Assembly (NCBI GenBank): GCA_048013815.1
Contig: CM106586.1
Location: forward strand, 7,936,001 to 8,000,000
Reading direction: 5' to 3'
Length of the DNA stretch: 64,000 nt
From: Setoptus koraiensis
Taxonomy: Eukaryota; Animalia; Arthropoda
In this document: piece by piece, positions 62,263-64,000 of the stretch
How the letters are laid out: each line of letters begins with the position of its first letter
How positions within the stretch are numbered: position 1 is the stretch's first letter
Notes under the pieces: model-generated
The model's database searches: none
What the model was told of the DNA's origin: nothing
The model's input: the letters and a program-made list of their open reading frames with translations, nothing else
Program-made: the position numbers and the translations under genes

Positions 62263-64000
62263 AACCAGCTCATCGAATGTGACGCATAGGCTAATTTATA
62301 CTTGTGATGCACATTGGCAACGAATAACCATGGATATTTGATGAATGTCTGATTTACGGAATCCGATCGATTATTGAGAACATGAGAAAACTTTAAAACT
62401 TGACAACAAACTGATATTTTTCTCTATGGTGCCATCTCTCATCAGAGTGGCCCCGATTCTTTATCAGCCAATCTGAACTATCTCGCTGTTGTGAATCGAC
62501 GTTGATTGTGTTGTGACAATTCAGCTATGCCGCCATATAGAGGGTGGAAACTTGGTTTTGATGTATTCTTCTCAGCTGCTAATATATCTTTGGGATAAGC
62601 AATCCAATCTGATCATGCACATAAGCCCTTTAGAAAGTGTCAGAAAGTGTTAACTCCTTGAAGGTCAAAAGGACACAAAAGGAGACTAGCAAAACGGTTT
62701 CAAGGCCAAAAGTATGACGTCATAGATACGTCACTAATTAAGCATCTGCATCTGTCTATCTATCATTTCTCAGGAATGTTCAGCACTCACTATAAATACG
62801 AGCGAAATCTCCATATATTATGCACTTGTACGTTAGCCTTCATATAGTGAACATATACCTACATCGAAGTACGCATACATAGTCCAATCTGTACTCTACT
62901 TTCTAACTCTCACAGTGGTTAAGGTGGTCGGTTTCTGGTCTTTGTCTGGTTTCTACACGACAAACAGCATGTTAATGGTATATCAACTTTTTATTGACTT
63001 GCTATCATATAGAAGATGAGAAGAATACTTCGAAATCAAGTTTTCACTTTCTTTCTTCTTCAACTCATCTTCTACATCCGGATTCCATGGGGCTCAACAT
63101 GATGACTAATTTACTGCATTGGGGCACGTTTCATCACTCAATTGCGACATTGTTGATAATGCATTGATTGGCAACACTATTTGGCTGTGAAACAGTTGAT
63201 CAGTCTCAATTTTTCGGCCCATTTAACTCTATCACTGTATCATATTTCATCGATATAGCAGATGTTTTTTCCATGAATTGATGCTCGTGCAAGCGAATCT
63301 CTGATTTTGATCATCCATATCTGGTGAGATATCGTATACATTAGCAAGTCTAGATATGAAATGACAGGAAATGATGCAAAACATTTCTTATCGGATTCTG
63401 ATGGAGGACCGGGATGGCACAAACAGGCCAAATAAGAGACAAACGCCCCCTCTGATAGTCCATTGATTGTGATTTCCATCCCTCATCGAGCTGCAGGGAG
63501 AAGACACTTCGCGAGAATCGTTTGACCCGATGATAGTTGTCTCTCAATTTTGCACGATGCACCCATTGTTTCGAATGATGGAGAAATGTTTGTCTGTTTT
63601 CTCGTTTAACCCTTTTATTGCCCCATTGCAGACCAATTTATTACTAATAGATTTTTCGAGCGACAACAAAATCGAAAAAGACGGAATGCAAGAGAGTCTG
63701 TCTTGTATTCTATCATACACGATTCGTACCTGACACATTGTCGCAAAAAGAATTGCGTTTATCAGTGTGCCCGTGTCTTGGATGAGAGAAATCACAGAAA
63801 GAATCGCAATCAACACCACATACAACGGTGCACTGTGGAAGCTCGGTGCACCCTTTCGGTCAAGAGATGAACTTTTAACGAGCATCCATTAGTCGACGCT
63901 TTTAACGACCGTCCATTGGTTAACACTTTCAATTTGAAAGTTTCAAATGATCCATGTTGCTACGATGTAAATGGTATGGATCAGTGATACACTGTGATGC

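Overview
Gene-dense, intron-poor eukaryotic (arthropod) genomic DNA with short GT-AG introns and many microsatellites. The compaction and a near-intronless Rdl fit a small-genome acariform mite such as an eriophyoid (inference). About 23 genes are supported. In order: partial PIGZ, TMEM19, ENY2, an RRM/prion-like protein, an orphan secreted protein, VAC14 copy A, TMEM179 copy A, VAC14 copy B, DCAF11, TMEM179 copy B, an acid phosphatase, Rdl, BCAT, HIRA, SLC25A44, TECR, pyruvate carboxylase, VMP1, an orphan VPV-rich secreted protein, RpL11, mRpS11, WDR18, a SLIRP-like RRM protein, a two-exon cationic/His-Gly secreted protein and a BACK-Kelch protein. The most notable observations are: (1) two intact VAC14 paralogues that are a mosaic of near-identical and clearly diverged tracts, interleaved with two TMEM179 paralogues; (2) an orphan exon of a PEP-synthase/PPDK_N-like gene cut off by a 32/159-bp satellite; (3) a small secreted protein with a strongly cationic segment whose second exon the ORF track misses; (4) an Rdl that lacks the introns insects use for alternative splicing; (5) BCAT and SLC25A44 as near neighbours. 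No CRISPR array, rRNA or tRNA was recognised. All homology calls come from recalled motifs, not database searches.
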